Positions 62,995-64,000 of a stretch of DNA of 64,000 nt are shown piece by piece. Each line of letters starts with the position of its first letter. Position 1 is the stretch's first letter. Made by a program: the position numbers and the translations under genes. Origin of the DNA: Clostridium sp. 26_22. GTDB lineage: Bacteria; Bacillota; Clostridia; TANB77; CAG-508. The notes beneath the pieces are model-generated. The model ran no database searches. It had not been told where the DNA came from and saw only the letters and a list, made by a program, of their open reading frames with translations. Location: contig MNRP01000055.1 in the NCBI GenBank assembly GCA_001916005.1, positions 123,298 to 187,297 of the forward strand, given 5' to 3'.

Positions 62995-63385
62995 ATGAAA
63001 ACAGAAGGAAAAATTAAAAAGAGCAAATTTAATAAATTAAAATTAACATCTTTAGTTACAACAGCATCAGTAATGTTAATGAATTTAAGAACTTATGCAG
63101 CCACAACAATAGGTACACAAGAAGTTGAAACAGCAACACAAAATGTAAAAGATGCAGTTATCAAATTAGCAATGCCAGTACGGTTCTGTTCTTATGTTTG
63201 TGAGTATTGTAATAATAGCAATAAAATTAATTGTTAATGCAAACAATCCTCAAAAAAGATCAGAAGGAATTGGAGGTCTTGCTTGGGTAGCAGCAGGTTT
63301 TATGCTTTTAAGTTTAGCGTTAATTGTTTCAGGAATTATTTTAAGTGTATCAACTAATGGTTCAGGTTCAATGATTGGAGGATAA
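62995..63385 (+). pseudogene. VirB2/TrbC-like conjugative pilin-type protein, apparently split by a frameshift near 63175-63195
   Basis: ORF1 (62995-63237) carries a signal peptide. ORF2 (63194-63385) carries two hydrophobic helices (VIIAIKLIV..., LAWVAAGFMLLSLALIVSGIIL). The ORF2 frame is open upstream to 63170, overlapping ORF1. Confidence 0.3.
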
Positions 63386-63388
63386 GAA

Positions 63389-63679
63389 ATGCAAATATAT
63401 AATGTACCATATAACTTTAAACATGAAGAAAAAGTTTTTGGTGGGTATGTATCAATCAGACAGGCAATATATCTAATATTTGGTGCAACAATGCTCGGAA
63501 TATTTTTTGTACCTATAATTAATATTTTTATTAAATCTTTTCTATTTTTAATATTTACAACAATGTTTATATTGTTTGCATTTTTAAAGATTGATGAGAC
63601 CAATGCAGATAAATACTTTATTTATATTTTAAATTTCTTCTTCAGAAAGAAAAAATATATTTTAGAGAAAGGTAAATGA
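63389..63679 (+). CDS. PrgI-family (VirB3-like) conjugation protein
   Basis: N-terminal signature VPYNFKHEEKVFGGYVSIRQAIYLIFG, followed by two TM helices. 96 aa. Confidence 0.6.
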   Translation: MQIYNVPYNFKHEEKVFGGYVSIRQAIYLIFGATMLGIFFVPIINIFIKSFLFLIFTTMFILFAFLKIDETNADKYFIYILNFFFRKKKYILEKGK

Positions 63680-64000
63680 AAATGGTAATTACAATATTTT
63701 TTATGTTGGCTAGTATTTGTTTAATAATAATATTGCCAATATATTTAAGAAAAAAGAATAGAATGTATAATTTAGGCACACAAGAAAAAACAAATATAAA
63801 AAAACAAAGGAAAAATATTAAAACTATATGGGGAATTGAAGAAATAAAAAATCAAATGTTAACAATAAATAATAGTCATTCTATAGTCATAGAACTAGGA
63901 AGCATAGAATATAGACTTTTAAATGATGAAGAACAAAATAATATTGATAACAATTTAAAAAAGATTGCAAAAACATTTACAAATCAAACTCAATTTTTCA
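63676..64000 (+). CDS. N-terminal part of a VirB4-like conjugative ATPase (PrgJ/TraE-like), truncated by the window end
   Basis: ATGA overlap with prgI. N-terminal pattern WGIEEIKNQMLTINNSHSIVIELGSIEYRLLNDEEQNNI resembles the Gram-positive VirB4 N-terminus. Confidence 0.45.
   Translation, partial: MKMVITIFFMLASICLIIILPIYLRKKNRMYNLGTQEKTNIKKQRKNIKTIWGIEEIKNQMLTINNSHSIVIELGSIEYRLLNDEEQNNIDNNLKKIAKTFTNQTQFF

Larger units (their letters stand above)
61715..64000. mobile_element. Left part of an integrated conjugative element (ICE or conjugative plasmid-like), extending beyond the window end
   Basis: Breakpoint inside the dac gene. Gene set: Rep-like HTH protein, VirB2-like protein, PrgI/VirB3-like protein and VirB4-like ATPase start, with ATGA-coupled overlaps. 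Confidence 0.55.

Overview
This window is an AT-rich chromosomal segment from a Firmicute of class Clostridia. The evidence is the spoIIIAB-AH sporulation genes, a type A RNase P RNA, ChW-repeat proteins and the overall coding style; almost all genes are on the + strand. I found no rRNA, tRNA or CRISPR array. The window reads left to right as follows.

(1) 256-5284: a housekeeping block with a DUF2207 membrane protein, der, plsY and gpsA. As sequenced, the DUF2207 ORF runs in-frame into der through a GC-rich Gly-codon tract, which I read as a likely indel.

(2) 5358-13087: small hypothetical genes, RNase P RNA (rnpB), an RluA-family pseudouridine synthase, trmB, a DUF4116 protein, pfkA and an iron-type alcohol dehydrogenase.

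(3) 13243-15867: a fused Wzz-like co-polymerase and bacterial tyrosine kinase carrying an unusual ~400-aa coiled-coil C-terminal tail.

(4) 15981-23738: uvrB, a membrane-protein gene flanked by small palindromic repeats, then spoIIIAB-AH with no spoIIIAA.

(5) 23763-25850: a small islet with an XRE regulator, a pilin-like glycine-rich protein and a PD-(D/E)XK transposase remnant.

(6) 25895-28118: pta-ackA.

(7) 28911-55044: a ~26-kb rhamnose-type cell-wall polysaccharide locus. It holds five GT2 genes (one with tandem GT2 domains) and one GT4 glycosyltransferase, a Wzm/Wzt ABC exporter, a candidate chain-terminating methyltransferase with a coiled coil, a Wzx-like flippase, a GtrA/GtrB/GT-C side-chain module, an embedded ChW-repeat GH25 lysozyme, a frameshifted membrane-protein gene, a MITE-like element with ~52-bp inverted ends, and rfbD-rfbA-rfbC-rfbB.

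(8) 55097-60692: a SpoVB/MurJ-like flippase on the - strand, a MATE transporter fused to a cytidylate-kinase-like domain, and an AMP-dependent ligase.

(9) 60926-64000: a D-Ala-D-Ala carboxypeptidase gene truncated at its 5' end by an inserted conjugative element. The element shows a Rep-like HTH protein, a VirB2-like pilin (apparently frameshifted), a PrgI/VirB3-like protein and the start of a VirB4-like ATPase.

A ~20-bp palindromic repeat, TGTCAAAAAAGRSCGTCCCA, recurs at four intergenic sites. All functional calls come from reading motifs in the translated ORFs; I ran no database searches.
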